The notes: a model not told the origin generated them from the letters alone. 64,000 bases of DNA from Candidatus Magasanikbacteria bacterium RIFOXYD1_FULL_40_23 (GCA_001783215.1 MFRA01000005.1:254322-318321); one strand, 5' to 3'; counted from the first letter of the stretch, positions 43,793 through 52,650 are shown. Program-made: numbers and translations.

Positions 43793-45400
43793 ATGCTGTT
43801 GTGGTTGGAAAAGATAAAAAGCGCCATGCTTCAATGGGTAATTGCGTGGCATGACTTCGTTAAATCAAAAAATAAAATGCTTATTGCGTTTTGTTTTTGT
43901 TTTATAGTGGGTGCCGGCGTATTCTCTCTTTTAGAAAATAATGGATCCTTATTTTATTTGTATCTTTTGTTATTCATCATTCTGTTTTTTGTAATAATTT
44001 TTTGGCATAAAAAATATATAAGATTTTTGTGTCTATGTCTGCTGTTTTTTATATTGGGGGCGTGTAGATTTTTGATCAGTATCCCAGAAAAAAATTTTGC
44101 GAGAGTGGAATTCTATAATGGAGAAAAGAAGGTGTTGCGAGGGTTTGTATCCAGTGAGCCGGATATTGGGTTAAGTGATGCCAGGTATGTTGTGCGGGTG
44201 GAGAGTGTAAAAGAAGATCAAAACTCTAAATCCGTGTCTGGCAATATTTCTGTTAAAACCAGGATTTATCCCGAATATAAATATGGCGACACGCTAGAAA
44301 TAGAATGTTTATTGCAAGAGCCAGCCAATTTTACCACCGCCTCAGCGGGGTCCCGCCTCATGGCGGCGAAAGATAGTAAATTCAATTATATAAAGTATCT
44401 AGCCAAACAGGGTGTGTGGTCGATTTGCAGTAATCCGAATATAAAAAATTTGGACGAAAATAAAGGTAATATTTTGGTAAGCTTTATGTTAAAAATAAAA
44501 AGTAAAATAAAAGTTCAAATAGCCAGTCTGTGGCCGGAGCCGAACAGTAGCCTAATGGCCGGGTTGCTCTATGGCAGTCGTAGTGGCTTGCCGCAAGAGT
44601 TGGTAGATAATTTTAGTCGTACGGGAGTTAGTCATATTGTGGCTGTGTCCGGATACAATGTTAGTATAATTGCCGTGGCTTTAAATATCATTTTAATTTA
44701 TGCGGGTTTGTTTAGGCGGCAATCTTTTTGGTTTTTAATATCTTTAATTTTGGCGTTTGTATTTTTTACCGGAGCCACTGCTTCGGTGGTGCGAGCGGGA
44801 ATAATGGCTATAATTATTTTGGCTGCCCAACATATCGGCCGGATGTCGGCGGTAGGCAGAGCGCTAGTTTATGCAGCTGTTGTCATGTTAGTTCTTAATC
44901 CGTATTTGTTAGTTTGGGACGCTGGTTTCCAGCTTTCTTTTTTATCTACACTCGGATTGGTTTATCTTTCTCCGATTATTCAATATTTTGTCGATAGTAA
45001 ATTTAAAATCGAAAGTAATTTATGGAAGTCGGCTTTAGAAGTTTTTATTACTACAATTTCTGCGATTTTGGTCACTTTGCCGCTTATCATGTATCAGTTT
45101 GGTAGATTTTCTGTTGTTGCACCGCTAGTTAATATTTTAATTTTGTGGATTGTGCCATGGCTTATGTTGTTTGGGTTCATATCTTTGGTTTTTAGTTTTA
45201 TATTTTTCCCAGTTGGGCAGCTGGTTGCTTGGGGCACAGACCTGGGAGTTAGGTATGTTATAATGGTAGTGGATTGGTTTGGAAGCAAGAGTTGGAGTGC
45301 CTTTAATTTGCGAATTTCTTTGCCGACAATGGTTGTTATTTACCTAGTATTAATCTTATTTATATGGCGAAAAAAGCCAAAGTTTTATCTTCAGAAGTAG
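43793..45400 (+). CDS. comEC: ComEC/Rec2 DNA-internalisation channel (DUF4131 plus competence domain; no MBL domain in this ORF). True start may be MLIAFCF, about 43877.
   Basis: Multi-TM throughout. GVSHIVAVSGYNVSIIA (ComEC SGxH-like block). Family-B repeat copy overlaps the annotated N-terminus. Confidence 0.75.
   Translation: MLLWLEKIKSAMLQWVIAWHDFVKSKNKMLIAFCFCFIVGAGVFSLLENNGSLFYLYLLLFIILFFVIIFWHKKYIRFLCLCLLFFILGACRFLISIPEKNFARVEFYNGEKKVLRGFVSSEPDIGLSDARYVVRVESVKEDQNSKSVSGNISVKTRIYPEYKYGDTLEIECLLQEPANFTTASAGSRLMAAKDSKFNYIKYLAKQGVWSICSNPNIKNLDENKGNILVSFMLKIKSKIKVQIASLWPEPNSSLMAGLLYGSRSGLPQELVDNFSRTGVSHIVAVSGYNVSIIAVALNIILIYAGLFRRQSFWFLISLILAFVFFTGATASVVRAGIMAIIILAAQHIGRMSAVGRALVYAAVVMLVLNPYLLVWDAGFQLSFLSTLGLVYLSPIIQYFVDSKFKIESNLWKSALEVFITTISAILVTLPLIMYQFGRFSVVAPLVNILILWIVPWLMLFGFISLVFSFIFFPVGQLVAWGTDLGVRYVIMVVDWFGSKSWSAFNLRISLPTMVVIYLVLILFIWRKKPKFYLQK
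43818..43872. repeat. Family-B hairpin repeat, copy a (RR-comEC junction)
   Basis: aagcgccatgcttcaatgggtaattgcgtggcatgacttcgttaaatcaaaaaat; the stem gccatgc/gcgtggc is retained. Confidence 0.65.
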
Positions 45401-46014
45401 GCTATAATTTGGCTGCTGATGTTTATGATGAAAATGAAAATTATCTAAATAGTTTTGAGCAAGGAGAGCTTATCCCTTTGCTTGGTGCGTTGGATGGCAA
45501 AAGAGTTTTAGATGTTGGGGCAGGCACGGGCCGGCTATCTTTGCCTTTGGTAAGTAGAGGTGCACACGTTACGGCTCTAGATGTATCGCCTAAAATGTTA
45601 GATTTAATAAAAAAGAAGCAGCGCCGCGTTTCAATGAACGTTACGCGGCATGATTCCGTTGAATCAAAAATTACCACTGTGGTTGGTGATGCGGAAAGTT
45701 TGCCTTTTGAAAATAATACTTTTGATATTGTGACAGCTGCGTTTTTAATTGTACATCTCAAAAATCCGACCAGATTTTTTGACGAAGCGTACAGAGTCTT
45801 AAAAGACGGAGGGATTTTGGTGGTGACCAATATTAATCAGAAGGATCCGCCAACAGTAAAAACAAAAGAGGGAAAAATAATTATAGAATCTTTTTATCAT
45901 CGCCCAGAAAAAGTTGTAGAAATATTAGAATCGTTGGCGTATGGAATTGAAGAAAATGTTTTTGTAAAAGAGGGGAGTCTTTGGGTAGATCAGATTGTGG
46001 TGGCGAGGAAATAA
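45364..46014 (+). CDS. Class I SAM-dependent methyltransferase carrying an in-frame Family-B repeat (~17 aa: QRRVSMNVTRHDSVESK)
   Basis: Motif I VLDVGAGTGRLSL; post-I DVSPKML; motif II/III GDAESLPFENNTFDIV...AFLIVHL. Confidence 0.8.
   Translation: MAKKAKVLSSEVGYNLAADVYDENENYLNSFEQGELIPLLGALDGKRVLDVGAGTGRLSLPLVSRGAHVTALDVSPKMLDLIKKKQRRVSMNVTRHDSVESKITTVVGDAESLPFENNTFDIVTAAFLIVHLKNPTRFFDEAYRVLKDGGILVVTNINQKDPPTVKTKEGKIIIESFYHRPEKVVEILESLAYGIEENVFVKEGSLWVDQIVVARK
45618..45672. repeat. Family-B hairpin repeat, copy b (inside the methyltransferase CDS, in frame)
   Basis: agcagcgccgcgtttcaatgaacgttacgcggcatgattccgttgaatcaaaaatt; stem gccgcgt/acgcggc. Confidence 0.7.
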
Positions 46015-46044
46015 ATCCTTCTTCTCCCCACTTCTTTAGTAGAA

Positions 46045-46509
46045 GTGGGCAAGAATCGCTCGCTAACCTTTATCACCCCATTTTGTCAGCAAAACGGGGT
46101 GATACCCCAAAACTGCCTCGCGGATGAATATCTCACAGCCAGTTCGGACTCATTTTTCTCTGACTCTGAACTCACCCCCTCGGGGGTTCAAACACAGAGC
46201 CAGACACGAAAAACTCATCTCGAACTGCTTGGTTCGATATTCATATGCTCGGTTACCGACCAGACACTGTTGGGACAACGGTTCGATATCCGAGCATATA
46301 CGAACCTGCGTGTACTTGCCACGGTGAAATGGAGTGATCCCGACTTTTTAGTTGGGATTGGCGATCATGCGACTATGCTCATTGATCGCCAAAACGACAT
46401 GAGCCGATGGAAGTACCGTCAGGTGAGTATCAGCTCGGGAACTTTTCCCTCCAGCTTTTGGTTACAAAAGGTGGATGAAGGTATTTCTTTTAAAGAAAGC
46501 GGCAAGTAA
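46045..46509 (+). other. Doubtful ORF (154 aa) in a GC-elevated, hairpin-dense tract between the methyltransferase and the MBL gene. Possibly a remnant of inserted DNA or a structured RNA rather than a gene.
   Basis: Hairpins ccccacttc-tttagta-gaagtggg and caccccatttt-gtcagc-aaaacggggtg. A ~20-bp inverted repeat ggttcgatattcatatgctcgg...ccgagcatatacgaacc with an internal direct repeat ggttcgatat. No protein motif recognised. Confidence 0.2.
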
Positions 46510-46528
46510 ATGGTGATACAATATAATT

Positions 46529-47395
46529 ATGAATAGCAAAAGTAAAAAAATTTTATTGGCCGCTAGCGCAGTTCTAATTATTTCACTGGGCCTGCTTGGT
46601 TATTTTCTATATAAATCCAGCACTAAACACAGTTTTAAAATTACTTTTTTTGATATCGGACAAGGCGATGCGGCTCTTATTCAGTTTGATAATGGCCAGA
46701 AAATGCTGGTAGATTGTGGTGCGGATAGAAAAATTTTAGCCAAGCTTGGCCGGGCGTTGCCTTTTTATGACCGCACCATAGATTATGTTTTGGCTACTCA
46801 TTCGGATTTAGATCATTATGGTGGATGTGTAGACGTTCTCAAAAATTATAAAGTAAAAGAAATTATTTTAAATAATCGTAAAAAAGAATATGATCCGTAT
46901 TGGCGAGAATGGGACAAAGCAGTAAAAAACGAAGGGGCAAATATAAAAATTATAGACAGTCCGCAAGTTTGGACAATTGCTAGTTCTACTTTGGAATTTT
47001 TATCTCCCGACTCATCTCTGGCGTTGGAAGTTGGGGCAGATGATAGCAATAATTATTCTATTGTTTTTAGATTAAAGAATCAGGAAAAGAGTTTTTTGTT
47101 TACTGCGGATATGGAAACCCCGCTCGAGAACGCGTTGTTGAAAAAGTATTGTGTTAGCACTTCCACCAAACCTTGCACGGTTTTGGAGTCAGATATTTTA
47201 AAAGTTGGTCATCATGGCAGTGACAGCTCTTCAGGCGAGGAGTTCTTAAGAGCAGTAAATCCACAAAAAGCCATAGTGTCCAATGGTAAAAACAATCGGT
47301 ACGGCCACCCATCTTTGCGAGTTTTAAAGAAAGTGGAACGTTCGGGAGCGGAAATACTGCGAACCGATAAATTGGGCAATATTATAGAGTATTGA
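46529..47395 (+). CDS. Membrane-anchored MBL-fold metallo-hydrolase (ComEC C-terminal beta-lactamase-like domain as a separate protein)
   Basis: N-terminal TM LLAASAVLIISLGLLGYFLY. FFDIGQGDAALIQF...LATHSDLDHYGG (HxHxDH) ...VGHHGSDSS. Confidence 0.75.
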   Translation: MNSKSKKILLAASAVLIISLGLLGYFLYKSSTKHSFKITFFDIGQGDAALIQFDNGQKMLVDCGADRKILAKLGRALPFYDRTIDYVLATHSDLDHYGGCVDVLKNYKVKEIILNNRKKEYDPYWREWDKAVKNEGANIKIIDSPQVWTIASSTLEFLSPDSSLALEVGADDSNNYSIVFRLKNQEKSFLFTADMETPLENALLKKYCVSTSTKPCTVLESDILKVGHHGSDSSSGEEFLRAVNPQKAIVSNGKNNRYGHPSLRVLKKVERSGAEILRTDKLGNIIEY

Positions 47396-47510
47396 CATAA
47401 ATAGCCTAGGATGGTATTATTAGAGCATAAGAAGAGCTTCCATATAGGAACGCTCTTTTTTGTTAGCCATTTTTGTGCTAATATAATAACTAATTATAAT
47501 TTAATATACT

Positions 47511-48728
47511 ATGTCAGATATTACAAAGGCTATACAAGTATTATGCGAGGAAAAAAATCTTTCTTACGAATCCGTAATGGAAGCTATTGAGTTTGCTCTG
47601 GCTGCCGCTTACCGCAAGGATTTTGGTAATAAACAGCAAAATATCAAGGTAAAATTTGATCCAGAAAAAGGCGATATGAAAGCTTGGGATGTAAAAACTG
47701 TCGTAGAAGATATTGCTGAGGATGCTCTTTTGGTTGCTCAAGAAGAGTTAACCAAAAGACGAGAAAAAGCCAAAGAAGAAAAGCGAGAATTAACCGAAGA
47801 AGAAACAGAAGATTTGCCTCGTTTTAATCCAAAGACAGAGCTCATGCTTAGTGCTGCCAAAGAAATAGATAAAAAAGTAAAAGTAGGAGAAGTGATGGAA
47901 ATTCCTTTGGAAATCCAGCACGAATTTGGTCGTATGGCTGCTCAAACTGCCAAGCAAGTTATTATCCAAAAAATTCGCGAGGCCGAAAGAGGTATCATGT
48001 TTAATGACTTTAAAGGCCAAGAAGGACAGCTTGTGATGGGAACAATCCAAAGAGCGGAAGCCCGCAAAGTTTTGGTAGACTTTGGAAAAGTTACCGGAGT
48101 TTTACTTGCCGAACATCAAAATAGTCGCGATCATTATCGCCCAGGTGCACGCATGAAGTTTTTGTTGTTGTCTGTGCAAATGACTCCTCGCGGTTTAGAA
48201 GTGCTTTTGTCTCGCAGTGATGTGGCTATGGTACGAGAAATATTCAAACAAGAAATTCCAGAAATTAGCGATGGCTTAATAGAAATAAAAGGTATTGCTC
48301 GTGAGGCAGGCTTCCGTTCCAAAGTAGCTGTATTTACAACCGACAAAGCCATAGACCCAATCGGTTCTTGTATTGGTCAAAAGGGAAGTCGTATAAATAC
48401 TATTATAGAAGAATTGGGTGGAGAAAAAATTGATATTATTCAATATAGCGAAGATGCAAAAGAATATATTGCTCACGCGCTTGCTCCGGCCAAAATCTTG
48501 AATGTAAAATTAAACGAATCAGACAAGATTGCCGAAGTTGGCGTTGCTCCGGATCAGTTCTCTTTGGCTATTGGCCGCAACGGACAAAATGTACGTCTAG
48601 CTGCCAATCTTACCGGTTGGAGAATAGATGTAGTAGAGGAAGGTGGAAGCGAAAAATTGTCTAGCGATGAAGTAAAACCAGAGGCTGTAGAGGTTGCAGA
48701 AGAAGTAGAAGAGAAAAAAGAGGAATAA
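47511..48728 (+). CDS. nusA: Transcription termination/antitermination factor NusA
   Basis: N-terminal domain, S1-like domain (GQEGQLVMGTIQRAEARKVLVDFG), two KH domains (IGSCIGQKGSRINTIIEELGGEKIDII; AIGRNGQNVRLAANLTGWRIDV) and an acidic tail. Confidence 0.9.
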   Translation: MSDITKAIQVLCEEKNLSYESVMEAIEFALAAAYRKDFGNKQQNIKVKFDPEKGDMKAWDVKTVVEDIAEDALLVAQEELTKRREKAKEEKRELTEEETEDLPRFNPKTELMLSAAKEIDKKVKVGEVMEIPLEIQHEFGRMAAQTAKQVIIQKIREAERGIMFNDFKGQEGQLVMGTIQRAEARKVLVDFGKVTGVLLAEHQNSRDHYRPGARMKFLLLSVQMTPRGLEVLLSRSDVAMVREIFKQEIPEISDGLIEIKGIAREAGFRSKVAVFTTDKAIDPIGSCIGQKGSRINTIIEELGGEKIDIIQYSEDAKEYIAHALAPAKILNVKLNESDKIAEVGVAPDQFSLAIGRNGQNVRLAANLTGWRIDVVEEGGSEKLSSDEVKPEAVEVAEEVEEKKEE

Positions 48729-48737
48729 AACATTAGG

Positions 48738-48830
48738 TCGGGCTTCAATGGACGCGCCGGCCGCGTTTCAAAGGACGTGACGCGGCATGATTACGTCGAA
48801 TCAATTTCGTTAAATCAAATCTTAAATTTT
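48738..48830. repeat. Family-B hairpin repeat, copy c (nusA-yidC intergenic; partially reiterated)
   Basis: gggcttcaatggacgcgcc + ggccgcgtttcaaaggacgtgacgcggcatgattacgtcgaatcaa + tttcgttaaatcaaatc. Confidence 0.65.
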
Positions 48831-48831
48831 T

Positions 48832-49590
48832 ATGATAGCTCTATTTCACACCGTGCTCTACCAACCGATATTTAATGTTTTTGTCTTCTTATACAATATC
48901 ATTCCCGGACACGATGTGGGTGTGGTAATTTTAGCTATCACTATTTTAGTGCGTTTAGTTTTGTATCCTCTAACCAGTGCTTCAATAAAAGCCCAGCGTT
49001 CCTTGCAGGATTTACAGCCAAAAATGGCGGCTATCAAATTGCAATATCCAAATGATAAACAAAAACAAACGGAGGCTACGATGGAGATGTATAAAAACAA
49101 CAAAGTAAATCCGTTTACTTCTTGTTTGCCAATGTTGTTGCAGCTGCCAATTTTGATTGCTCTGTATATGGTATTGCAGGACGGCTTAAATTCCAAAAAT
49201 TTAGCAGATTCGCTATATTCTTTTGTTGGTAATCCAGGCACAATCAATCAGATTTCTCTTGGCTTAATAAATATGGCCAAGCCAAACTATGTTCTAGCAT
49301 TTATGGCGGGGTTAGCTCAATACTTACAAGCCAAGACGATGAGTACCAAAAATCCACCGCCACAAGCAGGTGAAGGAGCTAAAGACGAAGCCATGATGTC
49401 TATGATGAATAAACAGATGCTTTATCTTATGCCGGTTATGACTGTAGTAATTGGTTTCAATCTTCCTGGCGGACTTACTTTGTACTGGTTCTTCGGTACT
49501 GTGCTTATGGCATTGCAGCAAATTTGGCTTTCCAAATCTAGTAAAAATGAAGGTAATGGCAATGTTATAGAAGGTAAATTGGTTAAGTAA
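48832..49590 (+). CDS. yidC: Membrane protein insertase YidC (short, Gram-positive/Oxa1-like form)
   Basis: PLTSASIKAQRSLQDLQPKMAAIKLQYPNDKQKQTEATMEMYKNNKVNPFTSCLPMLLQLPILIALY, typical of the YidC/Oxa1 core. Confidence 0.85.
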   Translation: MIALFHTVLYQPIFNVFVFLYNIIPGHDVGVVILAITILVRLVLYPLTSASIKAQRSLQDLQPKMAAIKLQYPNDKQKQTEATMEMYKNNKVNPFTSCLPMLLQLPILIALYMVLQDGLNSKNLADSLYSFVGNPGTINQISLGLINMAKPNYVLAFMAGLAQYLQAKTMSTKNPPPQAGEGAKDEAMMSMMNKQMLYLMPVMTVVIGFNLPGGLTLYWFFGTVLMALQQIWLSKSSKNEGNGNVIEGKLVK

Positions 49591-49611
49591 AAAGTAAGCG
49601 CACTAAGGTCT

Positions 49612-49878
49612 ATGGTTATAAATCTACGTAAATTATTCTGTTTACCGGTTTATACCGAATCTGGCAAAAAACTGGGTAAAGTTTTTGATTTAGAGTTAGA
49701 TGTAGATTCGCATACGGTTGTGCGCTACTTAGTAAGATCAAATTTTTTAAGCGTAAAATATTTACTTGTTCAAAGTAACTCAATCAAAGCGATAAAAGAA
49801 GATAAAATTATCGTAGAGGATAGCGTTGAAAAAATAAGTTCAGTCGAAACATCTCCAGGCATGGTTTTAGAAGAGTAA
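49612..49878 (+). CDS. Small PRC-barrel-like protein
   Basis: LPVYTESGKKLGKVFDLELDVDSHTVVRYLV resembles PRC-barrel/YlmC-type folds. 88 aa. Confidence 0.45.
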   Translation: MVINLRKLFCLPVYTESGKKLGKVFDLELDVDSHTVVRYLVRSNFLSVKYLLVQSNSIKAIKEDKIIVEDSVEKISSVETSPGMVLEE

Positions 49879-49972
49879 TTTCACCCTGTTAAATAATTTT
49901 AAATTCTCTATAATATATAAATAATTTAAAATTAAGATTTGAATAATTCAAATCTTATTTAACGGGGTAAAT

Positions 49973-50917
49973 ATGGAACTAGAACAATCTCTCCGCCAGT
50001 CAATACTTAGCACTCTAGCATATTTTGATTTATCTCAATTTCCCCTTACCAAAGAGGAACTTTTTGTTTTTCTTTGGGAGCCGCCGACCGTTAATTACGC
50101 AGATTTTTTGGAATTATTACAGACAGATAGTTTTGTAAATGGTAATTTTGAAACCAAAAACGGTTATTATTTTTTGCCAGGACGCCAAGAATTAGTAGAA
50201 ATAAGAAGACGCAGATTAATTATTTCAGAAAAGAAATTAAAGATTGCCAGGCGAGCGCTTAGAATAATTAGATCAGTTCCGTTTCTGAAAGCGGTATTTG
50301 TTTGCAATACGGTGGCATCAGAGCAGGCAAGTATAGATAGTGATATAGACTTTTTCATCGTTACAGCCAAGAACAGGATTTGGATTACCAGATTATTTGT
50401 TACATTTTTACTAGGACTGTTTAGATTGAGGCGTGTTAAAAATCGTGTCAAAGATAAAATTTGCCTTAGTTTTTATGTTACCGAAGAAGCTTTGGACCTG
50501 TCCAAATTTAGAGTAATAGACGACGATGTTCACTTTGCTTTTTGGATAAACCAAATGTTGCCGGCGTATGATCCGGATAATTTTTATGCCAAATTTTTGG
50601 AAGCAAACAGTTGGACAAAAAAGTATTTACCAAATATAAATAGTAGTAGCGCTTCTTCGTATATTTTTAGGATTACCAATTCTAAATTAGGCAAAATTTG
50701 GAAGAGTGCATGGGAGAAAATGTGGGAGGGGAGTTATGGCAGCTTAATTAATGAGGAAGCCAAAAAAATACAGATTTCTAAGATGAAATTTTCTGGTAAC
50801 AAAATAGACCGAGGCGATGATAAAGGAGTGGTAATTTCTGATTCTGTATTAAAATTTCACGAAAAAGATACTAGAATTGAATATAGAGAATTATGGAAAA
50901 ACAAAATCGGGGTTTAA
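49973..50917 (+). CDS. Hypothetical protein with a minimal nucleotidyltransferase-like motif
   Basis: VCNTVASEQASIDSDIDFFIVT fits the G[SG]...DxD pattern of the Pol-beta-type NTase fold. Otherwise unrecognised. Confidence 0.4.
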   Translation: MELEQSLRQSILSTLAYFDLSQFPLTKEELFVFLWEPPTVNYADFLELLQTDSFVNGNFETKNGYYFLPGRQELVEIRRRRLIISEKKLKIARRALRIIRSVPFLKAVFVCNTVASEQASIDSDIDFFIVTAKNRIWITRLFVTFLLGLFRLRRVKNRVKDKICLSFYVTEEALDLSKFRVIDDDVHFAFWINQMLPAYDPDNFYAKFLEANSWTKKYLPNINSSSASSYIFRITNSKLGKIWKSAWEKMWEGSYGSLINEEAKKIQISKMKFSGNKIDRGDDKGVVISDSVLKFHEKDTRIEYRELWKNKIGV

Positions 50918-52263
50918 TTTTGCAAGAAGTTCAACATGTGTTAGCGTTGTTGTTTTTGTTTTTGCTGCCATGGCAAACCAGATATATTTGGAAGTATGGC
51001 CAATTAAATGGCGGCTATTGGGAGTATGGCACGGGCAGTCTGTATGTAACAGAGATTTTATTGTGGGTTATTTTGGTATTATTTTTTGTTAATAATTTTT
51101 TAAAGAAAGAAGTTTGGGTCGGTTTGTTTAAAAATAAAAATGTTTTTTCTTTGGTGTTCGCTGGGTTTTTAGCTGTGGTGGGCGCATCAGTAATGTTGAG
51201 CGAAAATTTTGGCATCTCCTATAATTATATTTTCCGTATTTTGGAGGGCATGGCCATAATGACGGTGCTGTTTCGGAGCGGGCAGTCTGTCATCCTGAAC
51301 GGAGTGAAGGATCCCTTAAACACAAATGAAAGGGATTCTTCGGTCGCTTTTCTTCCTCAGAATGACAGATATGTAGTTGCTATTTGGCTTGGCGCGGTAG
51401 GGCAGGGAGCGCTGGCGATTTATCAGTTTTTGACCCAGCATGTTTTTGCCAGCAAGTGGCTAGGTATGGCAGCGCAAGAGTCGTACAACTTGGGCCCAAG
51501 CGTAATACAATTTGCTGACCAGAGGTGGTTGCGCGCCTACGGTAGTTTTGGTTCGCCAAATTCTTTGGGGATTTATTTGGCTGTGTTATTTGTATTAGGT
51601 TTTATTTTATATTTTAAAACGCAAATACCGCGCTATAAAATTTTAATTAGCGTAGGTCAATTATTTATTTTATCTGGATTGTTGCTTTCTTTTTCTCGCG
51701 GGGCGTGGTTGGCAGCTTTGGTTGGTCTGGCATCTCTTTTTATTGTTTTATTTTTTAAACAAAAAGATTTTTTACGAGATTTTATAAAACAGATCGTATT
51801 TGCTTTGGGTGTAGCTATATTTTGGATTATTATTTTTTATCCAGTTTTTAACGCCAGATTTAATTTGCAAAATCGTTTGGAAGCCACGTCTGTTTCCGAA
51901 AGAAAAGGGCAGTATAGCGAATCTTTATCTTTTATTAAATTAAATCCAATTTTTGGGGTTGGGCCGGGCGTATATACTTTTGCTTTGGCCAAAAAATATC
52001 CAGATTTAGCTTCGTGGCAGCTGCAGCCAATACATAATATTTATTTACTTATTCTCGTAGAGATGGGCATATTTGGTATGTTGGCTATATTTTTATCAGT
52101 TGCCAGTATTGCTAGACTGATACTTAAAAATAACTTAATTTACGCACCAGTTTTGACGGCTTTGTTTGCTTCTGGAATGCTAGATCATTGGTTGGCCAGC
52201 CTGTTTACAGGCATGGTTTTTTGGTGGGTAGTCTTGGGTTTAGGCCTAAAAAAGAACCCTTGA
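50893..52263 (+). CDS. O-antigen ligase/polymerase-like (Wzy_C-type) polytopic membrane protein carrying an in-frame Family-A repeat
   Basis: About 10-12 TM helices with a periplasmic loop containing RGAWLAALVGL-type Wzy_C features. Inserted peptide VILNGVKDPLNTNERDSSVAFLPQNDRYV. Confidence 0.55.
   Translation: MEKQNRGLILQEVQHVLALLFLFLLPWQTRYIWKYGQLNGGYWEYGTGSLYVTEILLWVILVLFFVNNFLKKEVWVGLFKNKNVFSLVFAGFLAVVGASVMLSENFGISYNYIFRILEGMAIMTVLFRSGQSVILNGVKDPLNTNERDSSVAFLPQNDRYVVAIWLGAVGQGALAIYQFLTQHVFASKWLGMAAQESYNLGPSVIQFADQRWLRAYGSFGSPNSLGIYLAVLFVLGFILYFKTQIPRYKILISVGQLFILSGLLLSFSRGAWLAALVGLASLFIVLFFKQKDFLRDFIKQIVFALGVAIFWIIIFYPVFNARFNLQNRLEATSVSERKGQYSESLSFIKLNPIFGVGPGVYTFALAKKYPDLASWQLQPIHNIYLLILVEMGIFGMLAIFLSVASIARLILKNNLIYAPVLTALFASGMLDHWLASLFTGMVFWWVVLGLGLKKNP
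51288..51368. repeat. Family-A palindromic element, copy 3 (in frame in the Wzy-like gene)
   Basis: tgtcatcctgaacggagtgaaggatcccttaaacacaaatgaaagggattcttcggtcgcttttcttcctcagaatgacag. Confidence 0.85.
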
Positions 52264-52298
52264 CACCAACGCACTCTTCTTGTAAAATGACCTCACTC

Positions 52299-52325
52299 TT
52301 ATCACTCTATTATTTTGAGTGATAA
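52299..52325 (+). promoter_or_regulatory. CIRCE-like inverted repeat (HrcA operator variant) upstream of groES
   Basis: TTATCACTC-tattatttt-GAGTGATAA, versus canonical CIRCE TTAGCACTC-N9-GAGTGCTAA. 33 nt upstream of the groES ATG. Confidence 0.6.
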
Positions 52326-52357
52326 CATAATTATTAATAAATTCTAATTTTATTTGT

Positions 52358-52642
52358 ATGCAACTTAAGCCCTTAGGAGACAATGTTTTGGTCAAGCAAA
52401 TTAAAGCCGATGAAGTTACTTCTTTCGGTTTGGTTTTGCCAGATAAAGATGAAAAGAAAGCCGAGGCCGAAGTGGTAGCTATTGGCCCGGGCAAATTATT
52501 GGAAAATGGCCAACGAAGTGTGATGGAAGTAAAAGTAGGCGATAAAGTATTATTAAAAAATTGGGGTGGAGAAAAGGTAGAGCTAGATAAACAGGAGTAT
52601 AAAATTGTTTCTCAGGATGACATTTTGGCAATATTTGGATAA
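52358..52642 (+). CDS. groES: Co-chaperonin GroES
   Basis: MQLKPLGDNVLVKQ...EVVAIGPG...VKVGDKVL. 94 aa. Confidence 0.95.
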   Translation: MQLKPLGDNVLVKQIKADEVTSFGLVLPDKDEKKAEAEVVAIGPGKLLENGQRSVMEVKVGDKVLLKNWGGEKVELDKQEYKIVSQDDILAIFG

Positions 52643-52650
52643 ATTTAAAC

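Noticed and set aside
46045-46509. Treating the 154-aa ORF as a confident protein-coding gene
   Set aside because: No motifs. Atypical composition. It is embedded in a tract of long hairpins and inverted repeats. Kept only as a low-confidence 'other' feature.
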